The notes under the pieces: generated by a model
The model's database searches: none
Told to the model about the DNA's origin: nothing
The model's input: only the letters and a program-made list of their open reading frames with translations
Origin: a virus
Length of the DNA stretch: 64,000 nucleotides
Virus genome (UHGV): UHGV-0039337
Direction: 5' to 3' (one strand)
Position numbers and translations under genes: made by a program
Shown: piece by piece, positions 30,310 to 39,618 of the stretch
Numbering within the stretch: the first letter of the stretch is position 1
Layout: every line of letters begins with the position of its first letter

Positions 30310-31437
30310 TCACATCCTTATCTCTTCTCTAATAAATGATTCTATATTTTTTCTTTCTTGTTTTGGAACAAGCTGTAATATATCATCTATTTCTGGACGA
30401 TATCTAGCTTTTAATAAATATAGTTCGTTTAAATAATTAAGTATTATATCTTTAGCTTTCATATATCCATAAGTTATAATCCCTGAGTATATAATATCTT
30501 TTGTTTTAAATCTTTTTTCTAATGCAAAATCAGCAAGGTCATATCCACTAGGTAAAATATATATAAGTGGATATTGTCCTTTGCTGTATATTAAATCAGC
30601 TGCAGATCTTATAGATTTTTGCCCTTTTTCATCATTATCATATAATAATACAGGAATCAATCCTAGTTTATTTATTATCTCATAATGATGTTCTGAAAAA
30701 GAACAACCTAAAGTACATACTACATTATTTAATCCATATTTAGTAGCTAATATTACATCCATTACTCCTTCTGTTATAAATACATATTTTAGAGTTTTAT
30801 CTATATTGTTTATATTATATAAATATGATGATTTATTAAATACAGTATTATTAGAAGAGTGGATATATTTTTTATCTTTTACATTATCTATTCTTCTTTT
30901 ATTGAAGCCTACTATGTTGTTATACATATCATATAATGGAAACGTCAATCTATTTTCTATTATATCATAGCCTAATTCAAATTTAGCTATATCATAACTA
31001 TCTAATCCTCTTTTAAAACAATATTGTTTAACGTTAGTATCTAAATCACGTACATATTTTTCATTTAACTTTTTATTTCTATAATATATCTTTATATTTT
31101 TGTCTTTAGGAAGAGGTAGATTAATTCTTTTAGCTAAATATTCTAAAGATTGTACCCACGTTAGTTTACCTTGATTTATCCATTGAATAAAGGCTATGCA
31201 ATCACTACCATAATTATTGTTTATACCTTTTCTATCGCAATGACATCCAAAACAACACCAGCTATTAGTTTTACTATTAATAGTAAATGATGCTGTACTA
31301 TCATCATGATTCGGATTAGGACATTTACCTGTCCATATATAACGTCCAGCTTTTTTAAGTTCTGTATATTCGCTTGCTAATTCAACTAAATCTGTAGATT
31401 CTTTTACTTTATCTATAAAGTCACGCTGATATTTCAT
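30310..31437 (-). CDS. dnaG: DnaG-type DNA primase (CHC2 zinc finger plus Toprim)
   Basis: The CHC2 zinc finger is KCPNPNHDDSTASFTIN...WCCFGCHCDRKG. The Toprim domain shows FITEGVMDVILATKYG and LLYDNDEKGQKS. Confidence 0.7.
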   Translation of the reverse strand: MKYQRDFIDKVKESTDLVELASEYTELKKAGRYIWTGKCPNPNHDDSTASFTINSKTNSWCCFGCHCDRKGINNNYGSDCIAFIQWINQGKLTWVQSLEYLAKRINLPLPKDKNIKIYYRNKKLNEKYVRDLDTNVKQYCFKRGLDSYDIAKFELGYDIIENRLTFPLYDMYNNIVGFNKRRIDNVKDKKYIHSSNNTVFNKSSYLYNINNIDKTLKYVFITEGVMDVILATKYGLNNVVCTLGCSFSEHHYEIINKLGLIPVLLYDNDEKGQKSIRSAADLIYSKGQYPLIYILPSGYDLADFALEKRFKTKDIIYSGIITYGYMKAKDIILNYLNELYLLKARYRPEIDDILQLVPKQERKNIESFIREEIRM

Positions 31438-32033
31438 TAATGAACCTCAAATTTATCCTCTTGAGGTACAACTACGACACCTGGTACTATCTTATTATCA
31501 ATAATCAATTCATTGTTATTATTCATTGTCGCATTTTTTTTAAGATCTTTCTTATTGACTTCAGTTTTAGTTCTTATATAATCATTAAGTTTATTTTGTT
31601 GTAAGAATTCTAAGACTTGTTTATCGTCATATATATACTTAGGTTGTTGTTTCTTTATAGTAAGTGTACCATTAGGTAATTTAATAGTCTTTTTATTATT
31701 TTCAGCATATTCATTTAATGTAAATGTTCTTAACGCCTCTTCATAATATGCTATTTGATTATCAAGTGGACGTATTCTATCCTCTCTATATTGTTGATAT
31801 AATTTAAGTTGTCGTTCTACTTCTTGATCTACAAACTCATTTATTTCCTCTTTTTGTTGTTTTAATTTGTTTATTTGCTTTAAATAAAAATCGGCATCAC
31901 TTTTATTTTTAACTAATAGTGTGCCGTCTTCTTTTGTATCTCCTGCTAGTTTAACTTTGAGTTCTTCTACTTCTGCAGCTAGCATAAACTGTTCAAGTTC
32001 ATCCATTAATAAATCTTCTTTATTTATTTCCAT
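31437..32033 (-). CDS. Hypothetical coiled-coil protein
   Basis: 198-aa charged, helical ORF. Its stop overlaps the primase start. Confidence 0.4.
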   Translation of the reverse strand: MEINKEDLLMDELEQFMLAAEVEELKVKLAGDTKEDGTLLVKNKSDADFYLKQINKLKQQKEEINEFVDQEVERQLKLYQQYREDRIRPLDNQIAYYEEALRTFTLNEYAENNKKTIKLPNGTLTIKKQQPKYIYDDKQVLEFLQQNKLNDYIRTKTEVNKKDLKKNATMNNNNELIIDNKIVPGVVVVPQEDKFEVH

Positions 32034-32299
32034 TATTCCATCAAATCCTCTTCTATATCTTCAAATGTATCTGCACAAGTAAATCCTATTATTCTTATAC
32101 CATTAAATGATTTCAATATTAAATTATCGTCATAAGCATTTTTATAATAGTCTAACTTGTCATCAAAATTTTCTCTTCTATTTATTATTATTTCTGGTTT
32201 TTCAAAACCTTGCATATCTATTTTGACTGCTACATATCTATATCCTATTCTTTTTGCAGATTTAAAACAATTCTCTAAGTTTTTTATTGTTAATTTCAA
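32033..32299 (-). CDS. Hypothetical protein
   Basis: 88-aa ORF. Its stop overlaps the start of the next gene. Confidence 0.4.
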   Translation of the reverse strand: MKLTIKNLENCFKSAKRIGYRYVAVKIDMQGFEKPEIIINRRENFDDKLDYYKNAYDDNLILKSFNGIRIIGFTCADTFEDIEEDLME

Positions 32300-32326
32300 T
32301 ATATCACCTCATTTTATTTTAACTTC

Positions 32327-33943
32327 TTATAGTTTATCAAGATGGTCGGCATATCCTTTCTTCTTGTTAATAGATTTAAGCGCTATAATATCCCATGATT
32401 CATCTGTTATAAGTTGATATATATAACTGATACGCGATACAGAATTAGCGCGCTTAACTCTACCTCTTCTCTGTGTTTGATCAGCATATGAATTAGCTGG
32501 CTCATACTCTACTAGATAATGACAATGAGATAAAGATATACCTTCTTTTATTGCATTAGTAGCAACTAATACGTTTACGTTTCCGGTATCAAACTGGTTA
32601 ATTGCTATCTCATATTTTTGTTCACTGGTCATAGAACCATTAACGTAAGAGCATTCGATATTAAATGTACTTTTAATGGCTTCAACTATTATATGCTGCA
32701 TACGTTCATAACGTGTAAAGATACATACTTTATTATCTGATTCTATTATAGGTTCAATAATATCAAGTAAACTATTAAGTTTAGGACTAGTAGTGTCATA
32801 TATATCAAACTCTTTAGTGAATGCATTATTTGTTTGTAGAAGTGCAATACTATCTGCTAATTCTTGTGCATAAGTTTGATATGCTTGTAGATTATTTTGC
32901 GCCTTAATCCACCTTTCGTCTGTTTCTTCTACTCCTTGTCGATCTAGTTTATTCAATACAGTATTAAGTTCGTCTATATTGTTATTAATTATATCGTTTA
33001 TTTCTCTCATATTTTTAGTCATAATACATATAGTAGGCGGCATAACATAAAGTTCTGGTAGTTGTCCTGCTATGTCTGATTCATCTTTTTTAAAGATATA
33101 AGGCTTAACTTTATCTATCATTTCTTCTATGTTTTTTGCATAAGCTGGACGCTTATTTCTCCATACTATATAACGATTACTAAACTTAGAATATGATACG
33201 TATATATCTGGTTTAATCATATTGAATATGCTAAATAGATTCAAGGGATTATTAGTAATAGGTGTAGCTGTCAATCCTATCTTAAGCTCTAAGTCTTTAA
33301 ACTTTAATGCTGCTTTAGTGCGTGCTGATTTATAATTACCTATAGCTTGTACTTCATCGAATATTATTCCGTATACATTATGTTCACGTAGTTTTTCATA
33401 TACTTGATCATTTTTTAATGTCTCGTAGTTTAGGATATAAATTCTGCAGTTCTCGAACTGCTTGTTGAATCTCTTTCCTGCTTTGCTAGGGGTGTCAATG
33501 ATATTAGCAGGTAAGTCTGTAAATTTATTTACTTCTTGAAGCCAATTATGTTTTAGTGATGCTTTAGTGCATATAATGATAGGTTGTTCCTGATTACATT
33601 CTAGTACAATACCAGCTCCAATAGTAGATTTACCTGATCCAGTGGGGAGTATCAGTAGACTATTAGGATTATTAAGTGCATAATATATAGCCTCTTTCTG
33701 ATAAGGATAAGGTTGTAGCTTCATATCAGTACCTATAGAGTCCCAAGGATTAATCTTAATAGTGTATTCAAATTTAGATTTGATGTCCTCAAAGTGATCT
33801 TTGAATACTATCCATTCAGAACCTTTAAATTTTTTACGAGCTCCTATAGATACCATATATGATATAAATTTTTTACAATTTGCTAAATCATTCCCTATAT
33901 ATTTAACGCTTATATTTATACCTAAATCGTCTATTAAAACCAT
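32327..33943 (-). CDS. Superfamily 2 DEAD/DEAH-like helicase (UvsW or ResIII-like)
   Basis: Motif I is LLILPTGSGKSTIGAG, motif II is IIFDEVQAIGN, and the C-terminal motif VI is QTQRRGRVKRANS. Confidence 0.6.
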   Translation of the reverse strand: MVLIDDLGINISVKYIGNDLANCKKFISYMVSIGARKKFKGSEWIVFKDHFEDIKSKFEYTIKINPWDSIGTDMKLQPYPYQKEAIYYALNNPNSLLILPTGSGKSTIGAGIVLECNQEQPIIICTKASLKHNWLQEVNKFTDLPANIIDTPSKAGKRFNKQFENCRIYILNYETLKNDQVYEKLREHNVYGIIFDEVQAIGNYKSARTKAALKFKDLELKIGLTATPITNNPLNLFSIFNMIKPDIYVSYSKFSNRYIVWRNKRPAYAKNIEEMIDKVKPYIFKKDESDIAGQLPELYVMPPTICIMTKNMREINDIINNNIDELNTVLNKLDRQGVEETDERWIKAQNNLQAYQTYAQELADSIALLQTNNAFTKEFDIYDTTSPKLNSLLDIIEPIIESDNKVCIFTRYERMQHIIVEAIKSTFNIECSYVNGSMTSEQKYEIAINQFDTGNVNVLVATNAIKEGISLSHCHYLVEYEPANSYADQTQRRGRVKRANSVSRISYIYQLITDESWDIIALKSINKKKGYADHLDKL

Positions 33944-33971
33944 TAAAGCACTCCTTTTCGTTAAGTTGTTT

Positions 33972-35753
33972 CTAAAATCTAGTTATTAAATTAGGATCTA
34001 TTTCTTTTATAAATCTAGATATCTTAACATACTTAGATTGTCCATTTATTATTTGATTTTGTGGATATAACATAAATAAATAATCTTTAGCTCTTGTTGC
34101 AGCGACAAACATTAAACGTCTTTCTTCTTCTATTTCTTTAGGAGCAGTAGATCTAAAAGATGGTAAGCATCCTTCAGCTAAATCTATTATCATTACTGCA
34201 GTAAATTCTAATCCTTTAGATTTATGAATAGTAAGTAAGTTAACTGCGTCATCTTCATCTTCTAGTTCTTCTTTGTACAATGATGCTTGTATTACTAAAT
34301 CTTCTATTGTATCATACTCTTTAGCTACACTAACTAGTTCTTGTAGATTTTCTTCTCTATCTGTTAAGTCTTCTCCTTTGTATTGTTGTTTGAACCATGC
34401 ATAGTATCCTGTATTTAATAATATATATTGTATTAGTTCATATGGTTTCATTTCTGTAACAGCTTTTTCTAATTTATTTATTACATCAACATATTCATCT
34501 ATAGAATTCTTAGCTTTACCTTTTAACGGTAAATTCTTATGAATTATAGCATCACGTACATTTAAATTATTGTCTCTGCAAAAGTTTTCTATTTTTTGTA
34601 ATGATACATCGCCTATACTACGTTTAGGACATGATACACTACGTTTAAATGCTTGAAAATCATAAGGATTGACAAGTAGTCTAAGATAACTAAGTACGTC
34701 TTGTATTTCTGCTCTATTAAAGAAAGGAACACCACCAAATATTTTATATTTGATTTTGTTTTCCATTAATACTTTTTCTACATTACGTGATAAATAATTA
34801 TTTCTATATAATATTGCCATATCTTTATAATCTACGCCTTTACTGTGCATAGTTTTAATATATGCTACTGCCTTTTTAGCTTGTTCTTGTTGTGATTTAC
34901 ATGTAGTTACTACAGCATTCATGCCTTTTATATTACGACCACATGATACTTCTTTATCTATTTGATTACTATTATGAGATATTATAGATTTGCCTATATT
35001 AACTATTGTTTCTGTACTTCTATAATTGATTCCTAAGTTATACATTTTAAGATTAGGATAAATAGCTTTTAGATTTATCATATTGTCTACATCTGAGAAT
35101 CTAAAGCCATAGATAGCTTGATAATCATCACCAACAAAGAATATGTTATTATTTGGTCCACTTAATAAATAAGTTAGTCTAGTATCAGCTATAGACATAT
35201 CTTGGCTTTCGTCGCTACTTACATATTTCCATCTATTGTTTATAGTTTCTTTAATGTCTTCGTGTAGTTCTAATAATTTTATAGTATTAAATATTAAATC
35301 ATCAAAGTCCATAACCATTTGTCTTTTAAGTTCATCTTGATATTTTTCATACATATCAGCTACTTGTTTTTCTGTATCATTTGTAGCATTATTCATTGCT
35401 TGTTGAGGAGTTTGGTAATGTGCTTTAAATGCAGCTATAGATGTTTTTATAAGTCCAGCATCTATATTATAAGCTTTGCTTAATTGTTTTATTATCTTAT
35501 CACTATCATTTTCATCCACTATAGTAAATGTTTTAGTATATTCTAATCTATCTGCATATTGTCTTAGTATTCTATTACATATGCTATGATAAGTACCAAC
35601 AGTAATTCTTTTTCCTTTTTCTCCTACTTTATCTACTATACGTTCTTTCATTTCATTAGCTGCTTTATTTGTAAAAGTAGTTAATAATATATTTGCTGGA
35701 TCTATACCATTTAATATCATATATTGAGCTCTTGCTACTATGACTCTAGTTTT
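33972..35753 (-). CDS. UvrD/PcrA/Rep-like superfamily 1 helicase, exon 2
   Basis: Begins KTRVIVARAQYMILNGIDPANILLTTFTNKAANEM (motifs I-end and Ia), with UvrD-type motifs downstream (FVGDDYQAIYGFR, LGINYRS). The in-frame sequence upstream of the called ATG supplies the KT of the P-loop. Confidence 0.7.
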   Translation of the reverse strand, partial: KTRVIVARAQYMILNGIDPANILLTTFTNKAANEMKERIVDKVGEKGKRITVGTYHSICNRILRQYADRLEYTKTFTIVDENDSDKIIKQLSKAYNIDAGLIKTSIAAFKAHYQTPQQAMNNATNDTEKQVADMYEKYQDELKRQMVMDFDDLIFNTIKLLELHEDIKETINNRWKYVSSDESQDMSIADTRLTYLLSGPNNNIFFVGDDYQAIYGFRFSDVDNMINLKAIYPNLKMYNLGINYRSTETIVNIGKSIISHNSNQIDKEVSCGRNIKGMNAVVTTCKSQQEQAKKAVAYIKTMHSKGVDYKDMAILYRNNYLSRNVEKVLMENKIKYKIFGGVPFFNRAEIQDVLSYLRLLVNPYDFQAFKRSVSCPKRSIGDVSLQKIENFCRDNNLNVRDAIIHKNLPLKGKAKNSIDEYVDVINKLEKAVTEMKPYELIQYILLNTGYYAWFKQQYKGEDLTDREENLQELVSVAKEYDTIEDLVIQASLYKEELEDEDDAVNLLTIHKSKGLEFTAVMIIDLAEGCLPSFRSTAPKEIEEERRLMFVAATRAKDYLFMLYPQNQIINGQSKYVKISRFIKEIDPNLITRF

Positions 35754-36936
35754 CGAATTTGTTATCGTGAGGCTTTTTATCCTTCACTTCTACGGCTATT
35801 AACCGTAGTCCAGCATATTTTTTCGTGTGATTACTAACTGTGAACACGGTGCGGCCTCGTGGGTTCATTATACTCCTTACTTATAAGGTAAGGGATCAGA
35901 ACCTATGCGTTGCGCCTGGTCGATATTACTATCGTCGCTCACATTACTGCTCGCTAGCTTTTCAGCACCTTCGGTCTCGAGTAGGCTGTCTTTTGACTTT
36001 ACGCCATCCTCGCTTAATTCCGCACTAATACTCTCAGGATTTCTCACAGTCTTATCCTGAGACGGCAATATTCTAAATACTTATTATATTTTCTATCTAA
36101 ATAAACGGTAGCATCTTTATATATATAATCAAATATTTTTTTTAACGAATCAATTTTAAAAATATTTAACGAAGGAACTCTATTTTTATTATTATATATA
36201 TGAATATCATCTTCTTTTAATGTAGAAGTATTTATGATGGCGTTTTTTATATCTTCTAGTACTTGGAAATTATAAGAAACAATTGACCATTTGCAATTTC
36301 CTTTTGTTTTCTTTTTGCCAGATAAACTAAAAGATCCATCTCCATCAAAAACGCCTCTTATAAAATGATGCATAAATTCTTCTGGGATGTTTGGAATTTT
36401 CCATCCATAAGTTTTATTGTGCATTACACCGAGTTCTCTTAATCTATTTGCCATATATGGATCTTGAATAGTAAGTCTATAATATGCATATCCAGATACT
36501 ATCCTAGTGCTGATTTTATGTTCAGCTTCCATATCTGTTTTAAATTTTTCTATGTGTTCCTTATCTTTTATGCATACTTCTAAACTATTCTTTTTTGATA
36601 AATGACCATCAGCAAATATAAAGCCTAACCAATATGCACTTTTTTCATTCCATTCATCAAAGAATTTATTATTAAAATATTTTTTATTATGTTGTGCATG
36701 TTTGGTATTTATTCCTTTTTCGTTAAATTTTTTAGCTAAATAATTTCTATCTCTTTCTAATAATTCAGCTACTTTTGTTAAACTTAATCCATTATTATAT
36801 AATTTGATTGCTATGTTTAATTCTTCTTCAGATATTGATTTTCTAGGCATAGTTAAATTTCTCCTTTATAAAAATATATTTAACTATTTATTACCTAGAC
36901 ATGCCGTTTATTTATTTAAGCATTTAAAAATTATCT
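35754..36936 (-). mobile_element. Group I-type intron (1183 nt) in the UvrD-like helicase gene, with a LAGLIDADG homing endonuclease
   Basis: Splits the Walker A motif (TATAGAG | KTRV). Exon 1 ends in U and the intron ends in G. The GC-rich 3' core (35754-36043) is homologous to the core of the AAA-gene intron. It shares a 3' terminal motif AGGAUAAAAAGCCU..AUAACAAA..G with the dut and AAA introns, and has an S-like AAUAUGCUGGAC. Confidence 0.6.
36044..36850 (-). CDS. Intron-encoded double-motif LAGLIDADG homing endonuclease
   Basis: SAYWLGFIFADGHL and HHFIRGVFDGDGSF. It is a paralog of the ORF at 61078-61941. Confidence 0.7.
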   Translation of the reverse strand: MPRKSISEEELNIAIKLYNNGLSLTKVAELLERDRNYLAKKFNEKGINTKHAQHNKKYFNNKFFDEWNEKSAYWLGFIFADGHLSKKNSLEVCIKDKEHIEKFKTDMEAEHKISTRIVSGYAYYRLTIQDPYMANRLRELGVMHNKTYGWKIPNIPEEFMHHFIRGVFDGDGSFSLSGKKKTKGNCKWSIVSYNFQVLEDIKNAIINTSTLKEDDIHIYNNKNRVPSLNIFKIDSLKKIFDYIYKDATVYLDRKYNKYLEYCRLRIRL

Positions 36937-37038
36937 ACCTGCACCAGCAGTAGCAGTAGTTAAACTAGGTCCTTTTATATGCTTAACAGCTGCTTTTTGT
37001 CCGTCGTTTAATCCTTGCAGCAATTCTTCTGCATTCAT
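36937..37038 (-). CDS. UvrD-like helicase exon 1 (34 aa), not in the ORF track
   Basis: A GGAGGT RBS lies 8 nt upstream of the ATG at 37038. The exon encodes MNAEELLQGLNDGQKAAVKHIKGPSLTTATAGAG, the UvrD N-terminus up to the P-loop, and ends ...GGT before the intron. Confidence 0.6.
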
Positions 37039-37081
37039 ACATTAATACCTCCTTTTAAATAATTTATTATACTATCACCTT

Positions 37082-37573
37082 CTAATAATGGTAATCTATT
37101 GTGTTTCCAAAATAATAAGTTATTTCTTTTGTGTCTGGCAAGTTTCTTACGAAGTTATCAATTGATCGTAAGACATTATTACAACAAATGTAAAATCCAA
37201 ATTTTTCATTTACTAATTGTTCTAAACTATATGCTGTAGTACTATTAATAAAATCATCTAGGTTCATTTCATCAACAGTTTGTTGTAATTTATTAAAGCG
37301 CTCGAAAAAATACATTCTTTTAAAATTTGGTGAAAATGTAATACTTTCTACTACTGTATCAGTACTATTTACCGTAAAGAATCTGTTGTATTCTTCCATG
37401 CATTCAAGAAACCATTCAATGTTTTCATTTCTATCTGTATTTTCATATACATAATCTGCTACTTGTCCAATAAACCATGCATGGTGGTTATCATAACCAA
37501 AATCATCCTCATCTAACCTATAATCATCTATGTTTCCTCTTGATTTTTCCAATTGAAATATTGTACTATGCAT
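37082..37573 (-). CDS. Hypothetical protein
   Basis: 163-aa ORF. An SD-hairpin-AUG arrangement lies upstream (see findings). Confidence 0.45.
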   Translation of the reverse strand: MHSTIFQLEKSRGNIDDYRLDEDDFGYDNHHAWFIGQVADYVYENTDRNENIEWFLECMEEYNRFFTVNSTDTVVESITFSPNFKRMYFFERFNKLQQTVDEMNLDDFINSTTAYSLEQLVNEKFGFYICCNNVLRSIDNFVRNLPDTKEITYYFGNTIDYHY

Positions 37574-37620
37574 AATTAATATAGCCAGTAGAATTAACTA
37601 CTGGCTCTCCTCCTCTTTTA

Positions 37621-37824
37621 TTAAAAATTGTTATTATTAGTAAGTTCATCCATAAGATCTCCACTATTATCATAATATTCAGGTTTTTCTGTTTGAGATT
37701 CTTCTACTCCTCCTACTGCTACTAATAATTCATTAAGAGTTTGTTCGCATACTCCTCCAGTAAAACCATTGGCTTCTAACTTAGCGTTACCATCTTTTCC
37801 TATTTTTACTTGTATAGTTCTCAT
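37621..37824 (-). CDS. Hypothetical small protein
   Basis: 67-aa ORF. Confidence 0.4.
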   Translation of the reverse strand: MRTIQVKIGKDGNAKLEANGFTGGVCEQTLNELLVAVGGVEESQTEKPEYYDNSGDLMDELTNNNNF

Positions 37825-37847
37825 ATTAATTATTTCCTCCTTAAATT

Positions 37848-38075
37848 TTATAAAATATTTATATCATAAATTTTTGTTTTTCTAATTTCTATTGTATAAA
37901 GCATATCGTTTATTTCTGCATCAAAATAATTATTTTCATTTGCATTTGTTATATAACTAATTCCATTATCATCTAAGTATTTAATGTATTCTTCTTTTTT
38001 ATATCGTGCACTTTCTATATTAGCACATACGTCTACATTTATTTCGCCATCAAATGACTCTATTACTACATACAT
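37848..38075 (-). CDS. Hypothetical small protein
   Basis: 75-aa ORF. Confidence 0.4.
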   Translation of the reverse strand: MYVVIESFDGEINVDVCANIESARYKKEEYIKYLDDNGISYITNANENNYFDAEINDMLYTIEIRKTKIYDINIL

Positions 38076-38089
38076 TATATATTTCCTCC

Positions 38090-38128
38090 AGTTTTTAATA
38101 AAAAATATAAGGGGCTAATGCCCCTTAT
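38090..38128 (-). terminator. Rho-independent terminator downstream of 38130-38531
   Basis: On the minus strand, an AAGGGGCAUUAGCCCCUU hairpin followed by AUAUUUUUUAUU. Confidence 0.55.
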
Positions 38129-38129
38129 A

Positions 38130-38531
38130 CTAAAATTGTACTGCTGTTATTACTATTTCACCATTTTCATCAACTTCAACAGAATCTATATCAAATCCCA
38201 TATCTGTTAATCTATCTTGATATAATTCAGAATTATAATTTTGTGCTATTCTGTTCATTAATGCATCTTGTTTTCCGTCTCCTCCTAAGCCAGTTCCCCA
38301 AGTATCACCTACTAAAGTAACTCCGCCGTTGTCGTCAACTTTAACTCCTAAGCTTAAAACTTTACCGTCTTTAACAAATGCTGCTGAACATTCTTCATGT
38401 CCCCAAGAATTAGATATACTATTAACTGTATAATCTAAAGAAACACCCATTGATTCTAAACCTTTTTCTAACATTTCCATATCTACTGCTTTTTCCATAG
38501 TATTGTTTTTAACTGATTTCCAAATTGACAT
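38130..38531 (-). CDS. Hypothetical protein
   Basis: 133-aa ORF. Confidence 0.45.
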   Translation of the reverse strand: MSIWKSVKNNTMEKAVDMEMLEKGLESMGVSLDYTVNSISNSWGHEECSAAFVKDGKVLSLGVKVDDNGGVTLVGDTWGTGLGGDGKQDALMNRIAQNYNSELYQDRLTDMGFDIDSVEVDENGEIVITAVQF

Positions 38532-38613
38532 AATTTTACCTCTTTCTTTTTATGCATAACGCATATTCTGCTTTGACCTAGTGGTGCAGACAACCACTTT
38601 ATTTTTTAATATT

Positions 38614-39009
38614 TTAATTAATTTTTGATTTGTCTACATTTTCTAATAATGTAGTTCTTTTTTGTTCTATAAAATCTTGTGCTACTTGTTCAGTAGTGTC
38701 TAATACTTGTTGTGTTGTACGTATCATAGCATCTATATTTTCACCTAAAATTAAATCAGGTATAAAATCTCTGTATACTATTAATATATCTTTTAATGTT
38801 TTATTGTTTACGCCTGTAATAGATTCTCCTAGCGCATCATTTATTTCTATTAGTCTATCAATGCAAGTTAATGCTTCACTAGATAACTGTAAAGCTTTTT
38901 CCATTAAATTTACTACATATTGAGTATCATCATCTATACTTTCTGAATGCGCCGGAGACACCACGGCTTCTTTTTCAAACATATCTTCTTCAAAGATATC
39001 ATCACGCAT
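38614..39009 (-). CDS. Hypothetical acidic protein
   Basis: 131-aa ORF. Confidence 0.4.
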   Translation of the reverse strand: MRDDIFEEDMFEKEAVVSPAHSESIDDDTQYVVNLMEKALQLSSEALTCIDRLIEINDALGESITGVNNKTLKDILIVYRDFIPDLILGENIDAMIRTTQQVLDTTEQVAQDFIEQKRTTLLENVDKSKIN

Positions 39010-39045
39010 GCCTTCATCCTCCTTTTATAATTTATTTACATGCTA

Positions 39046-39618
39046 TTAATTATTTTTTGCTAATAATTTACTAGCAGATTGTACTGATTTAGTATTTATT
39101 TTTCTGTTAGATTTTTGTTTAGGTTCTTCTGATGCATATAATGCTCTACCTTTAGCCCATTCTTCTAAATCTTTTATCTTTTCTTGAGAAGATATAGTTA
39201 TAGGTATTACATCATTTTTAGCTGCTATTAAATCTGCTTTAGTTACTTCAAACTTCTTACCTTCTTTGGTACATCTTAAGAATGCTTTCTTCATGCTATT
39301 TTTAACTATTTGTTCTATTTCTGCTCCAGTATATCCTTGAGTTTCTACTGCTATATCTTTTATTATTTTTTCAGATACATCTAAACCTTTTTTGTTTATA
39401 TGGACTTTGAATATTTCTTTTCTTTCTTCTAAGTTCGGAGTATTGAAAAACCATATATTATCGACTCTACCGGCTCTAGTTAATTCTGGTGGTAAATCTT
39501 TTACATTATTACTAGTCATAATACAGAATATACCATTAGTATTATCATTTAACATTTCTAATATAGTTCCAAAGACTCTTGATAAAGTCCCTGAATCTGA
39601 AGCGTTTGAACTTGCATA
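39046..39618 (-). CDS. AAA+ ATPase exon 2 (sensor 1, arginine finger, sensor 2 region)
   Basis: The in-frame upstream extension YASSNASDSGTLSRVFGTILEMLNDNTNGIFCIMTSNNVKDLPPELTRAGRVD matches the AAA+ second region of homology. The 3' splice site was placed by analogy with the conserved AUAACAAA..G| terminus of the dut and helicase introns. Confidence 0.55.
   Translation of the reverse strand, partial: YASSNASDSGTLSRVFGTILEMLNDNTNGIFCIMTSNNVKDLPPELTRAGRVDNIWFFNTPNLEERKEIFKVHINKKGLDVSEKIIKDIAVETQGYTGAEIEQIVKNSMKKAFLRCTKEGKKFEVTKADLIAAKNDVIPITISSQEKIKDLEEWAKGRALYASEEPKQKSNRKINTKSVQSASKLLAKNN

Noticed and set aside
35840-36068. ORFs 35840-36028 (plus) and 35877-36068 (minus) in a GC-rich stretch
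   Set aside because: They fall inside the structured 3' core of the helicase intron. The GC richness of the ribozyme core makes long ORFs appear by chance, and neither has a protein-like composition.
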